A stretch of DNA of 64,000 bases from Oopsacas minuta (lineage: Eukaryota > Animalia > Porifera). Below the pieces are notes generated by a model that did not search any database, was not told the DNA's origin, and saw only the letters and a program-made list of their open reading frames with translations. Both the position numbers and the translations under genes were made by a program. This document shows, piece by piece, positions 41,083 to 53,604 of the stretch (the stretch's first letter is position 1; every line of letters begins with the position of its first letter). The stretch covers positions 456,380 through 520,379 of the forward strand of contig JAKMXF010000155.1 in the NCBI GenBank assembly GCA_024704765.1, in the 5' to 3' direction.

Positions 41083-42387
41083 CAGGGTGGCCAATAAGTT
41101 CTGACCCAAAATTAAAAACTTACCATAATGTAAGATATGTAAGTATTCACTATCTCTAATGAATTATATCTTGAGTAGACCATTTATCTACCATCATCTA
41201 ACATCTTGATTGCATACTAGCCCACACAAGATTTTTTCACAATGAATCAGGAAAGAGCAGCAATAATTGAATTATTTTCTAATGGAAAATGTCCAGGAGA
41301 AATTTTGAAATTGTTCCATATCCCTAAATCGAGAAGGAAAATCGTTTATCGCACTATTCAACGTTACAATAAGACTGGGGCATAAAAGATATGCCAAGAA
41401 GCGATCGACCAAATTCGGTAACAACTCCGAGGCTGAAAAAAGTTGTGATCGATAGAATACGGCGAAATCCTCGACGATCTCTCCGGAAAATGGCCTCTAA
41501 GCTCAAAGTTTCGCATGGATCGATGCAAAACCTTATGAAAACCGACTTGCACCTCAAATCGTTTAAAGAAGAACAGTTCACTTCCTTTCTGAAAAAATTG
41601 TGAAAAAGAGACTTGCCAGAAGCAAGGGCATGCTGACTCGGCTCGCAACTCAACCCCTGCAGAATATCATATTTTCTGACGAGAAATTATTCACCAAAGA
41701 AAAAGCGACTAATAAGCAGAATGATCGAATATTAGCCCACACGCCTTCGCGTATCACAGAAAAGCATCTGTATGACAAACGGACACAAAAACCTCAGTCG
41801 GTAATGGTTTGGGCCGGAATCTCAGCAAAAGGCGTACTCCATTGGTTTTTGTCCCAGTAGGGGTAAAAATAAATTCGTCAACATATCAAAAGTTGATTCT
41901 GGAGCCTGTGGTGAAAGATTTGAGCGAAACGATGTTTAACAGAGAGCCATTTCTATTCCAGCAAGACGGCGCACCGGCTCACACATCAAACATCTCCCAA
42001 ATTGGTTACGAGAAAACATTCCAGATTTCATTACCAAGGAGGAATGGCCTCCATCAAGCCCAGATTTGAATCCAATGAACTTCTCAATCTGGTCCATATT
42101 GGAGAAAAATGGCTGTGCAAAGTCACATTCAAGTGCGGAAGCTCTGAAGAAGTCTTTGCACCGTGAGTGGGAAAATTTTCCACAGGATGACCTACGAGGC
42201 GCCGTTGAGGCGTTCCCCCAACGTTTGAAGAGGGTAGTCGAAAAGAAAGGCGGTTAAATTGAGTAGCTACTATCGAATGTATTGATTTAGTTATCTGATA
42301 GAACTGGAATAAATCTCAGTGAATATAGTTTTATATTTTTTGAATTATGAATTTTTATCAATGGGTCAGAACTTATTGGCCACCCTG
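41083..42387 (+). mobile_element. Tc1/mariner element, DD37D (maT-like)
   Basis: Perfect 26-bp TIRs CAGGGTGGCCAATAAGTTCTGACCCA with TA TSD. Multiply frameshifted transposase from ATG 41242 (FSDEKLF, FQQDGAPAH, SPDLNPMN). Related to the copy at 20121. Confidence 0.93.
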
Positions 42388-44788
42388 TATAGGGTTAATT
42401 ATTTGTTCAGTATAATCCTGTACGTATATAATTCACCTGTTTTCTATTTAGATAAATCAGCCCTTCTTGATTAGGGTCACCTGTATAAGTGGCTTAAACG
42501 GGAAATTCCATATTACAATTTCGGGTCTTGTTATCAGAATATTTTATTTACGTAAATATTCTTAGATCAAACAAAAGTCGCGAGTGGAGTTTTCTCACCT
42601 GAGTTCACCTAAATGAATTACTCACAAAATATGAGGTTCCTAATGATAATATGAAATGAACCTCATAGATTACAATAGTCTAGACATTGGAAGAACCCTC
42701 AAGCATAAATTTATAATATGGTTAAAAGTTATGAAATTGGTTAATAATATATGGGAATTATTCTAATCAGCTAATTAAACTATGTTAAATTTTATGCATC
42801 ATCAGCCAATTACATTGCATTCTCAAACTGAAATTTAAGTTGTAGTGCATCCATTCAATACGCACTGCTCTAATATACGGCAGTGAGTATTGAATGCATG
42901 CACTACAACTTAACTCGATTACTTTCCTATCTGTGCTTTTAGAAATCTATGATTGTAAATCAAATGGCACGATTTGGGAGTATAGGTGTCCAAGTTCAAC
43001 AATTTCGAGAAGTTTGGGGTACTTCTTGACGGTGGGGTGGTAGGCATTTCCAAAACTCAATTTTTCAATAAATTTACTTATGGGTCACTAACTCTCCTAT
43101 GTGACCCCTGTTCATCAATTATCATGAGAAATATTTTTAGCAAATTTTCTCAAGTAGCTATTAGTCCTGCATCAAACAGTCAACCTTGCTTTTGTTTCAA
43201 TTTTCTGATTTAATGGATTTAGTCACTCCAGACTATCAGTTTGCTCATTTTTAGCTCCTGAATCGATGTCAGCATTTTAATATTTGACACCTAAAATTTG
43301 CCACGTTGATAAAAATTATATATGCATATTTCTCTTTCAGTTATTTTGATATGGATTATGTTTATTATTTCGTAAACAATCCACGTTGTTTGAGTTGTTA
43401 CTTCTAGTAAAGTGAGCACTTAAACGACATGGAATATTTTCCAAGTTCTCAGGATTTTGGCAATTTTTCATTCTTTACCGATAACTGGCAGAGTGTTAAA
43501 TTCGTAACGAAAAGGAACCCAATAATTTTACCACTTCGTTTTAACCTATTCCAGCACCCAAATCCAGATTTCAGCAGGCTTTTGCGTCATATAGTTTCAC
43601 ATTTTTCTGTCTTATTCTGTTACATTGTGTCATAATCCCAGCGAATTACGATTATGAAAAATATTGAGACCGGATGTCAACTATGCAAAATCATGTAGAA
43701 AGACGATACAGTATAGCGATATATCTCAAGGATGCTCATCAGTCACCCGCGAGACCATTCGCTGCCGCCTGCAGATAATTTGCTTGTTTTCATCATTCAT
43801 ATATATACAATATATTGACGTGCTTCAATCGTCAGATAATAATTTTAATTCTAAACACTATATAGAAATAATTATAGGTACTCTACAAATGCATCAATGT
43901 TCCTAGTATGAATACAGTATTTGGTAAGTATAGTTTGCATTTACGAATTCTACCTATTATTAGAACTTCACAAATATATCCTAGGATGCAGAACCTAAAT
44001 TGAAAAGTGTGTTCTAGCAGAAAACGAGATTTCAGTGAAATTCTACTATGAACAGTACATAGTATACCCCAAATCTAGGTTTAGTATGTACTATTGTTCA
44101 CTTGATAGAAACAAGCTGAGTTCAAAGAGACATCAAGTGATTCGAATCCATTTAAAAGATTATGATTTATGTCAATAACTTGAATTTACATATAGAATCC
44201 ATTGTTAATCCAATATGAGGTCAAATATTATGACTTGAAAATTGATTTAACTAAAGCCAGGGACGATCTATAGTTTGTGGCCCGCAAGACAGAGTCTAAT
44301 TTTTAAGTGACTCGTACATTTACATGTTTGAGCACCCTAGATATAAGTAAACTAGACCTAGCAAGCACAGCGGTGTCTAACTATTGGTCACTCCTTTTAG
44401 ATATGGCCACTTTGTCTAAAGAGAAGGATAGATGTACTTCTGGCATTTGATCTGGGAGCCATCATTCTGGCGAGATTTCACAGTTTTGTCTTATCAATTT
44501 ATTCCATGGCTCAACTGCTCTTCAGGATAGCCCTTCAGTCGAACTATTGTTACAATATGTTCAAAGTCCAGAATAATACCTAGTAATTATTATTATCAAT
44601 GGAAAGGATTTAGCTATGCTTACCAATGAGAATTGTATTGATTCATCTAGCGCACTTCCCTTTCTAGATCGCTGATCGATGGATGTCAGTATGCTCGGCT
44701 ATTTCTTCCTTGGATTTAGCCTAAATATTCAACGGCTAAATTTCTTATAGTGATTTTTTTCGACACGGGATGTAACTACTATTATGAT

Positions 44789-47081
44789 ACGAGTGTTATC
44801 TTAGCAGCCGATTCAGCAGCCGATTCAAATCCCCACTAAAGTACCTTTTTCTCAAAAAGTATGGGTTCTATTTTGAAAAGAACCATACCAGTGTCAAGAA
44901 GAAAGTTGGTACATTTCATATCATCACTCATAATCGCCAAATTTTGCATGATGAGTAAGCAATTTTGCATTACATTTTGGTCGAGGTTTTTTATTATTAC
45001 CTCCTAAAATAATTGTGGTAATAACTTCTCATTTTAATCATATTTACATCTCACTTGGTACATTGTGTATATCCAATTTGAAATCAAAATAATTATTTTT
45101 GAAAAAGTTATGAACGCCCGAACTTTACATAGGAATTACATAGACGACCAGTTTTTGCTCGATGATTTGTATGCTTTGTAGCTATGTATTGATTACTTAA
45201 ATATTCTTAGTGTAAATTTACTTATGATGACTGAATTCTTGAGGTCAAATGCATTCCTTCTCAATTATTAAGACCAGTTATGTCAGTTTAGATTTTTGAA
45301 CTTAGTATTAAATTAAGAATGTAATATCAATCAACAAGCATTTGTAACACTGTAATTGATTTATTTCGTTTCTCACAACCTTAATACTTTTGATATTCTT
45401 CAACTTCATTTTATTTCAACTTCATTTCTTCCACAAATTTTCTTCATACAACAGTCCTACTAAATTTCATTTCAATTCAATCATGTGAGTATCTTTCTTA
45501 ATTAATTTTGTAATGTTACACAGTCAATCCCCGGTATATCGAACATGGATAATTAGAAATCCTCGCTATATCGAAGTCTGAGATTATACAAATATAGTCA
45601 CAAATCGTTAAAGAAACATAAATGTCATCGGTTATATTGATATCCGCGTATATAGAAGTGATTATTGCGGTTCCTTGTTCCCGATAAAAGGGGAGTTGAC
45701 TGTAGTTATATCCAAATGTGTCAGAATTTATTATTAAAAGCAACCTAATAATTGGTTTCAATTTATGGCAGCGAAAATTATATGTTTACTAACAAGATTA
45801 TTAGTGAAACAATAAATATTTTGTATAAATGAATCTTGAATATTTTGTGAGATCTCATCTAAATATGTAAATTGATTGCGACAAAAATCACAAATGTAAG
45901 TATATACGTATATGTATCGACAGTTGGATTTTATGGAACAATTTTATGACCTTTTCTCTAACCAAGATAAGTTTAAAAGCTGGATTATATTACACAGGAT
46001 TTGGAAACTAACACAACCAATATGTAAAGTTCTGGAAGATATATTCATAGTAAAGTAAACAATGAACATGAAGATCTATATTCTTATCCTTACAATTATC
46101 TTAATCAATCTAGGAATTAAATCTACAAATCTCTCTTACAAACATTTATTTTACAATTTGTACAAATTTGAATCAGAAAGAAGTTACTATCTATTTTTTG
46201 GAGCATTCATTTGGAGACCCATGTCCTGGAGTTAACTCTCGATTCTCTTACCATTCTGGCATTAATAATTACAAATCGAAGTGTTGATCGTCTCTTCAAA
46301 TCTTACCTGGTCAAGACATTTGTTACTCTCCCTATACGTATAGCTGTAAAGATTTTGCAAAAATAGTACCACCTGTTTTAGGTTTAGCCTGTTCTAATAG
46401 ACAAGGGAAATTCAATCAGTATTTCTCATTAGTTCACCAATCAGTTCAACACAAAATATAGACAGACAGACTATAATATCTGGTTAATTAGTATCTTGTA
46501 ATACTTTTCGATTTGTTTACTCTTTTTTATTCAAAAAGTAATGTTTTGTATAATATATGATAACTGTCATTACTATGGTGTTGTGTTATTTACTATATTT
46601 CAAATATCTTTTGATTATTGTCTAGAAACCACAATAGAATTGGAACTATAGAATTGAAAATGATACTAAATACTTATCAAAATTTACGTACACTGTAATG
46701 TCATACATACTTCATTATTGATAGTACAAATTGGTCGTCTATGTAATTCCTATGTAAAGTTCGGGCGTTCATAACTTTTTCAAAAATAATTATTTTGATT
46801 TCAAATTGGATATACACAATGTACCAAGTGAGATGTAAATATGATTAAAATGAGAAGTTACTACCACAATTATTTTAGGAGGTAATAATAAAAAACCTCG
46901 ACCAAAATGTAATGCAAAATTGCTTACTCATCATGCAAAATTTGGCGATTATGAGTGATGATATGAAATGTACCAACTTTCTTCTTGACACTGGTATGGT
47001 TCTTTTCAAAATAGAACCCATACTTTTTGAGAAAAAGGTACTTTAGTGGGGATTTGAATCGGCTGCTAAGATAACACTCGT
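44789..47081. mobile_element. Non-autonomous long-TIR element with 9-bp TSD (Mutator/foldback-like)
   Basis: Arms 44789-45150 and 46732-47081 are nearly identical (one substitution and one 12-bp tandem duplication seen). Termini ACGAGTG...CACTCGT; TATTATGAT duplicated at 44780-44788 and 47082-47090. No long internal ORF. Confidence 0.85.
45521..45702. mobile_element. Small pogo/Tigger-like MITE inside the long-TIR element
   Basis: CAGTCAATCCCC...GGGGAGTTGACTG|TA with internal tatatcgaa repeats. The left flank is CA rather than TA. Confidence 0.55.
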
Positions 47082-48891
47082 TATTATGATACAATACCAC
47101 AATAATTCTATGAATTGTATTATTTCCTGCTGGAGAATTTATACCTTTATTCTCCAGGATCCTGCACTGGCATTCCTCGAGGTAGGAGTTTATCTGAGGG
47201 GGCATTGCCTCATGCTCCTTTAAATAATACCATATCCCTTGGATAGACTATTATATATTATAATGCACCCCGTGTAAATTATTTTACAGTGCAACTTCTA
47301 TAAGGTTGGGTCTCTATATATGCAAAACCTCCATAAGCGGGGCATTTTTCGTCACTTTCATTCATTACCATAGAAAAGAACCTCTATAAGGGCTCAATTC
47401 GGAATGGAGCATATTTTAGAGGAAATCATCATCCGCCTTTGAATTTCGCTCTATAATAAGTGGGGAATTCTAATAAAACTTTCTTTAATAATCAATTTTT
47501 AGCTAAAATTGGAAAATAAGTTTTTATTGCTAAGATGAATTGAATTTTTCTGAGTTTATTTCTTACAAATTTGGATTTTCTACTTACAACCTTAGGGCAC
47601 ATTTTATTTATCGAATATTGTTGATAATAAAGTGCAATTCTTTCGGCCAAAAAGGTTTCAGGAACGATGCGCTTTGATGCATGCTTTCCGTAATCGGAAT
47701 CACATCTGCCGTTGCACGGATCACACCCCGTATTGAAATTTTCTAGTGATTAATTTAAATCTACATGTATAATTGGGAAATTCCCTTATAAATTTCTAGT
47801 ATATGCAATTATTTTGAAATTTGGAGAAACCACTTATTTATCCCAAGATTGCTGTCTTTTAGTTTCTAACAGTAGAAAATTCTAGCAAATTCTATTCGAC
47901 CTACAACCTTAGGCCATATTAAAATAAACATCAATAAAATCTTTTGTTGATAGAATTGGTTATATATTCACCAAACATCTCTAGTTCACAAATTCCTCAC
48001 TTGACATTATATATGTAGAATGGGGCCATGCGGGTTGTTAGAATACTCGCCCTCCCGACCTCCCCCAGTTATAGAGGTCCCACAGTCATTTTGGTCTTAT
48101 TTTGTCTTCGAATTGTATTTACTTATCTTATGCATATGTAATGTATTATTACTAGTGTTATTGTTATTTTTTATTACACTTTCTTTAATGAGGATTAAGG
48201 TTCAACTACAAATTGGTTTTCAAAGTGTCCACTATTTAACATAAATATATACAGATATAAGTATGGGTTATCAATCCTAGGTAACTGATTTGCATTATAA
48301 CAAAATAATTATGGCTTCTTATTGCCTACTTAACACACGGGCACCGATTATTTCAAAATATGCAAGGCCGATTTAGTGTAATTTTTAAAGAAAATATCTA
48401 TCCTAACTTTGCCAATTAACTTTCTAAGGGGTTTTCGAAAATGAAGAATTAATTAAGACTACTTAGCAAATCCTCACACCCATCTTTCTATTTGTTAGGC
48501 TCTTTTAATTATTACCTTAGGATTCCGAAGAACATGTTCAATAGTATATTCATTTTGGTAATTATTTTTGTATTTCCTGCTTTATATGATAATTCTTGAT
48601 TTATATATTATCTTTCCAATCAAAATAGATAATGTTTCGAAATTGCTTGGATTTCAAAATAGCTGGATGAACGAAAAATTCCAATATATTTATTGTACTG
48701 AATATACTTACTTTGATAAATTTGATTTTTGTAATTTATTTTAATAATTTGTCAATTTTTGTTACTAAATTGATTTACAAGCATTTATCCTTAATTTCTA
48801 TGCAGTATGCATGAAACGAGACAATTTTCGCAAAAGTTTCTCAAAATGTGCAATTTCGACTATTTCAATATTTTCCTGTCATTTTTATATA

Positions 48892-49808
48892 CAGTCAGGG
48901 GACAAAAGTATTCGACCACACAAATATATTGTCATAAATTGTATACTCTTTCCCGCTCCTATATATTGTGTAGTCTATATTCGTAGCTGCTATCTAGTAA
49001 TTTGTATAGAATAACATATGTTTTTCAAGAATTTCAAAAAATATTTTAGATTGACACTTTTTGAAGGTGTTAATTATTAATAATTATTAGATATATTATT
49101 GATAATCAAAATATGTGGTAATTCAAAAACCTATTAAGAATCTATAATTTCTGACTTGATATTTGAATTCTACGTAGGCGAGTTACCCCAGATTGAAATT
49201 TCCAATCGGATTGAGCAATTTTTTACCAGAGTTATAGATGAATTTCAATTTTGTGCCATTTGTGCCACCTTTTGCCGAAGTGGCACAAGTGGCCGCTACC
49301 GAGAGGTTATTTTGGAATTCAAGGGTTAGCATAGTCATATCATTCGAAAATATTACTTCGACTTATTCCTCCTAACTCTAGTTGATTTCCTTGTAGTGGC
49401 GCTTTTTCCTGCCACCTGTGCCACTTTTTTTCAAAAAGTGGCACAAGTGGGACAAATTGAGATTCTTTTATAACTTTGGTAAAAATTGCTCAATCCGATT
49501 GGAAATTTCAATCTGGGTAACTCGCCTACGTAGAATTCAAATATCAAGTCAGAAATTATAGATTCTTAATAGGTTTTGAATTACCACATATTTTGATTAT
49601 CAATAATTATCTAATAATTATTAATAATTAACACCTTCAAAAAGTGTCAATCTAAAATATTTTTGAAATTCTTGAAAAACATATGTTATTCTATACAAAT
49701 TACTAGATAGCAGCTACGAATATAGACTACACAATATATAGGAGCGGGAAAGAGTATACAATTTATGACAATATATTTGTGTGGTCGAATACTTTTGTCC
49801 CCTGACTG
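48892..49808. mobile_element. 917-bp foldback MITE with Tc1-type ends
   Basis: TA|CAGTCAGGGGACAAAAGTATTCGACCAC...GTGGTCGAATACTTTTGTCCCCTGACTG|TA. Arms 48892-49227 and 49478-49808 differ almost only by small indels. Confidence 0.92.
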
Positions 49809-52229
49809 TATATTAATGCCAAATTTTCAAATAGCCTAGACCATATAAAGAAAGACCATGTGAACTTGTTATGTAGTTTCAATGTATTTCTCATATATGA
49901 AATCCTTATAGCTTACAAATGCTGAATTCATCAGTTTGTATTAATTATAATATAAGTAAATCGGCCTTCTGATATTTTCGCCTACTAGGTGACATACACA
50001 GCAGTGTTTTAAGTAGGCTATGTGCTTCCATATTTCTAATTATGAGGTCATCCACATTATCTCAAGAACATATAGATATATGTAAAATCGACTTTGATTC
50101 GGCGATAGACAAACAAAATTTATTATTTGCGTATGGCTATTCATTCCCTAGATATTCTGTAACATGATCATAATTGTTATATGGCTCCTAAACTTTTACT
50201 TATTATGTCATCGTTTATCACCCCGGATCATCTTATCACTATAATCGAATTTGATTGGAGTCCTTAGATAATATGCATGTATTATTTAGGTATAGGTTAT
50301 CAATCCCGATAATTAGTTTCCATGAATTCGTAATTTTTGTATGGCTTCTATATTTGTCATTATCATGTACTCAATTGGAACTAAATGTCAATTCATTACT
50401 ATAATCGACGTGAATGGCAGTCAATTAGTGATTGATAGTACCTTATGGAGATAGAGAGTTATCTAACATAAAAATTAAATGAAATTACAGTTATATATCT
50501 ATAAATTTATATATTTGTGGATTAATTCGTATCCATTTCTTGGTTTTAAATTTCAATCATTGAGATTAGATTCATCTAGGTATTGCTAACCCGTTTAATA
50601 CATTAATACACAAACTTAAGTAATTATAAAATCATCGCATTCATATATGTCTAGAACATTTTCATTTTCAGTATTCGTTCCGTTTAGTAATAACTTTATA
50701 ATGAAATTGATCTGATCCAAATTATTGAAAACTCATCAAAACTTATGACTCGATTAACTTCTTTGGATCTGCGATGTATTTTATAATAGTGATAGGCCTT
50801 CATACCCCAATATCTACTTACCTACATTAATAGAGGCTTAATATCAATTTTTTCTTAAGGTACAATTAAAAGAGATTTGGAAATACTACTTCAAACTTGG
50901 AACTGCTTCTAATTAGAAAAAGCACTAATTAGCCTAAAATTTAATGATAATAAATATTTATTGTTGTTTGTGTAATTCCCTTTTTCATCTATCGTAAGCC
51001 ACGAATCATCCGAGATTGGATATGTTTTATTTTACTATATATTGAATCTATGGTTTTCAGCACCCCTGAAAACAATTCTGATGGTTTCAAGAAAGATTGA
51101 GGAGGTCGACTTTTAGCCTACTCGAAGAAATTGGGTCACTGTGCCGTCTACTGTAATTCAATAATTTTTAACAATCACATGTTGTGTACTTTGATGGATG
51201 GATTAGTCTAACAGCCTACCCTGTATTTCCCAATTTTGCATTCGAACAACAAATGAAATCCGTGCTATTTTTGGCTTTGAATCAGATGTAGTGTCAGGCG
51301 AGGTGCAGGCAGTACAATTGCACCACCTGAAGGATGCATACACCACATACATGGTACAGACAATGATAAATTTGAGATTTCATTGATACGAAAAAATATA
51401 GTACTCTAGTTATGCAGTGTTAATCGTCAAGTAAGACAAATACATAAGTATCCTATACTTAATATTTTCACAATATGATAAGATTAAAACGGCTCAAAAT
51501 GTCGATGCTATGCAAGGAAAAATATCAACGATACAAGTGTTTTCATACACTGGATATGCATTTGGTCATTAACTTAAGATATTATTTGGTGTGGCTTGTG
51601 TCTATTTAGCATATATGTTCATTCTTAAGGACTATTGAACTAGGGGAAATAGATTAAACCCCCGCAATATACTATTCAAAGCAAGAGTATGTTTTTAGAT
51701 TCTACCACCCATCCGCACGACGTGCTCCAATTGTGCACCACATCTGCACCACAGTCTTCGAAATCCTGCCGTTGCTACTGTTTTTGAATGCCACTCAAAT
51801 TATTTCCGCTGTTGTAAATTATATGTCTAACTATTTCACATTTTTGCTTTTCGTTCAGCTCTTAGAGGGAGATGCTCTAAATTGCATAGACAATTTCCTA
51901 CGTTTGTATATCCGTCAGTCCATTCTTCCTTCTATCCGCGCAGCAGTGCGAAATCTAGCAGTCGGATTTACATGTAAATAATATACAAAAACCTTTTGTG
52001 TTTGTTAGTTCCAACTTATGTATATATTTTTAAATTGCATGTTTACACCTTTTTATGTAAATTTCAGAAGCTTTTTTAATATGTTAGATGCAATTTGTTG
52101 CTTAGAATCCAATTTTGAGATTTCCGAAAGATACAAATTCTGCCATTTGATTAATCATGTTTTCATACCTTTTTGTTGTGATGAAATATCCTGTCATTGA
52201 ATGCCGTGGATTTAATTTTGTTTCCTCAG

Positions 52230-52430
52230 TCATTCCAATATATATTTGTAATTTAAGCCTACACGAAGATGTTCTGCAGCGAAAACGTAGTGAATAGCAA
52301 ATAGATCAGGAACAGCGCGTCTCATGTATGAAATATAGCCACACTGCCTAGTAACCATAACAGTTGCACCATGTGTACACATGCAAAAATATTGTGCAAA
52401 CGAATTTTTTCTTGTAATAATAACCCACAA
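52230..52430 (-). pseudogene. hAT Buster/Charlie-type transposase fragment
   Basis: FCMCTHGATVMVTRQCGYISYMRRAVPDLFAIHYVFAAEHL resembles ACATDGAPSM-GR-RGFI-YLK-VP-IHCVIHRQHL. Confidence 0.55.
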
Positions 52431-53386
52431 ATTAATTCACTTTTTGAATCTATTATAAGTGGTCTATTTCAAAATGATGTTAGAGATTCTCTTCAACTGT
52501 TGGTCAATGGCAATCGAGGATGAAGATTCCAATTTAATTTTCCAAATCATATGATTTATAAATTATATTTGGCCGTGTAAATTTATTTCTTGTTTCTCAT
52601 CAGGAATTCTTTCGGAAACTGGCATGGTGTATAGTATTTATTTTTAGTTTTATAGGCCAGTTACTTTAAACAACATTTTGACTCTTCGATTATCTCGCCA
52701 CAGCGCATTAAAAATATTGAATATTCAACTAAACAACTATTAAAAATGTGGATTGCACACTTGTGATTAAAGAACTATCCATAAATATGGAAAAAATTAC
52801 AAATAAAATATTCCAGACGAAGGACAAATTTGGGCGGGCGGTGATGAGAAACAAGTATATTGCTTTACATGGCCTTATCAGCTATATTTTACATCTTTTG
52901 CACATTTTCAAATTGATGAGATTTCCTATCAATATTTTCACAGAGGGGATAATTGCACTATAATCAATCAGAATCTTAACCATAGGACTTGAGGATAAAT
53001 ATGAAGTACAGTAGTGCTTAATTATATCCTATTTCAAGATTGTTAACACAGCTTAGTATAGTATTTAACCTGAAATCCTTCAGACCATGGAGCCCCAAAT
53101 CAGCCCGGGTCTAGTGCAGTGCGGTCAGAGAGTTGTTAGGGGGCAAGAATACAAATAAATCACCCAGAGCTGCACTACCAGTCTGTTGACTGGATATCAG
53201 ATTTCCTTCAAAGGATTCGACCAATTATATGGCATTTTTATTTTGTATTTCAATATTTCATTTTGAGGCTTCTTAGCCACTAATTTACATTTTTTAACAA
53301 ATACCCTTCACTCCCTGATATTGTGCAATTCTACCTTCTTTGCCACATGTTGACTCAGCTTTTATACTATATTTTGTATATTGTAG

Positions 53387-53604
53387 ATATCTAAGTAGAT
53401 TTACAAGCATTCCTTTACGATTAATTAAGAATTGGTGTTTACAAATTCTCCGCGGTCTTCAGTTCTTACATAGTAGAGATCCATCAATAATTCACAGAGA
53501 CCTCAAATGTGATAACATTTTTATTAATGGTGCGAATGGCTCAGTGAAGATCGGCGATCTTGGTCTTGCAGTTCTCAGTAATTCTAATGTAAGGACTGTT
53601 ATAG
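53387..53604 (+). CDS. WNK: WNK-family kinase internal exon (subdomains VIa-VII and activation loop)
   Basis: attttgtatattgtAG | 218 nt | GTtcgt. Translates to [72 protein letters not shown] plus [11 protein letters not shown] and GDLGLA (DLG instead of DFG) are WNK signatures. Confidence 0.95.

Larger units (their letters stand above)
27439..53386 (+). other. 25,948-bp GT-AG intron of the WNK gene
   Basis: AC+A forms Thr, giving a seamless ...GTLRT|YLSRF..., equivalent to WNK1 SGTLKT|YLKRF with no residues missing. Confidence 0.85.

Noticed and set aside
46924-47205. 93-aa minus-strand ORF
   Set aside because: It crosses the boundary of the long-TIR element, so it is a chance fusion of flank and arm.
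47650-47735. GC-richer stretch that looked like a structured RNA or rRNA fragment
   Set aside because: No recognisable rRNA, tRNA or snRNA motifs.
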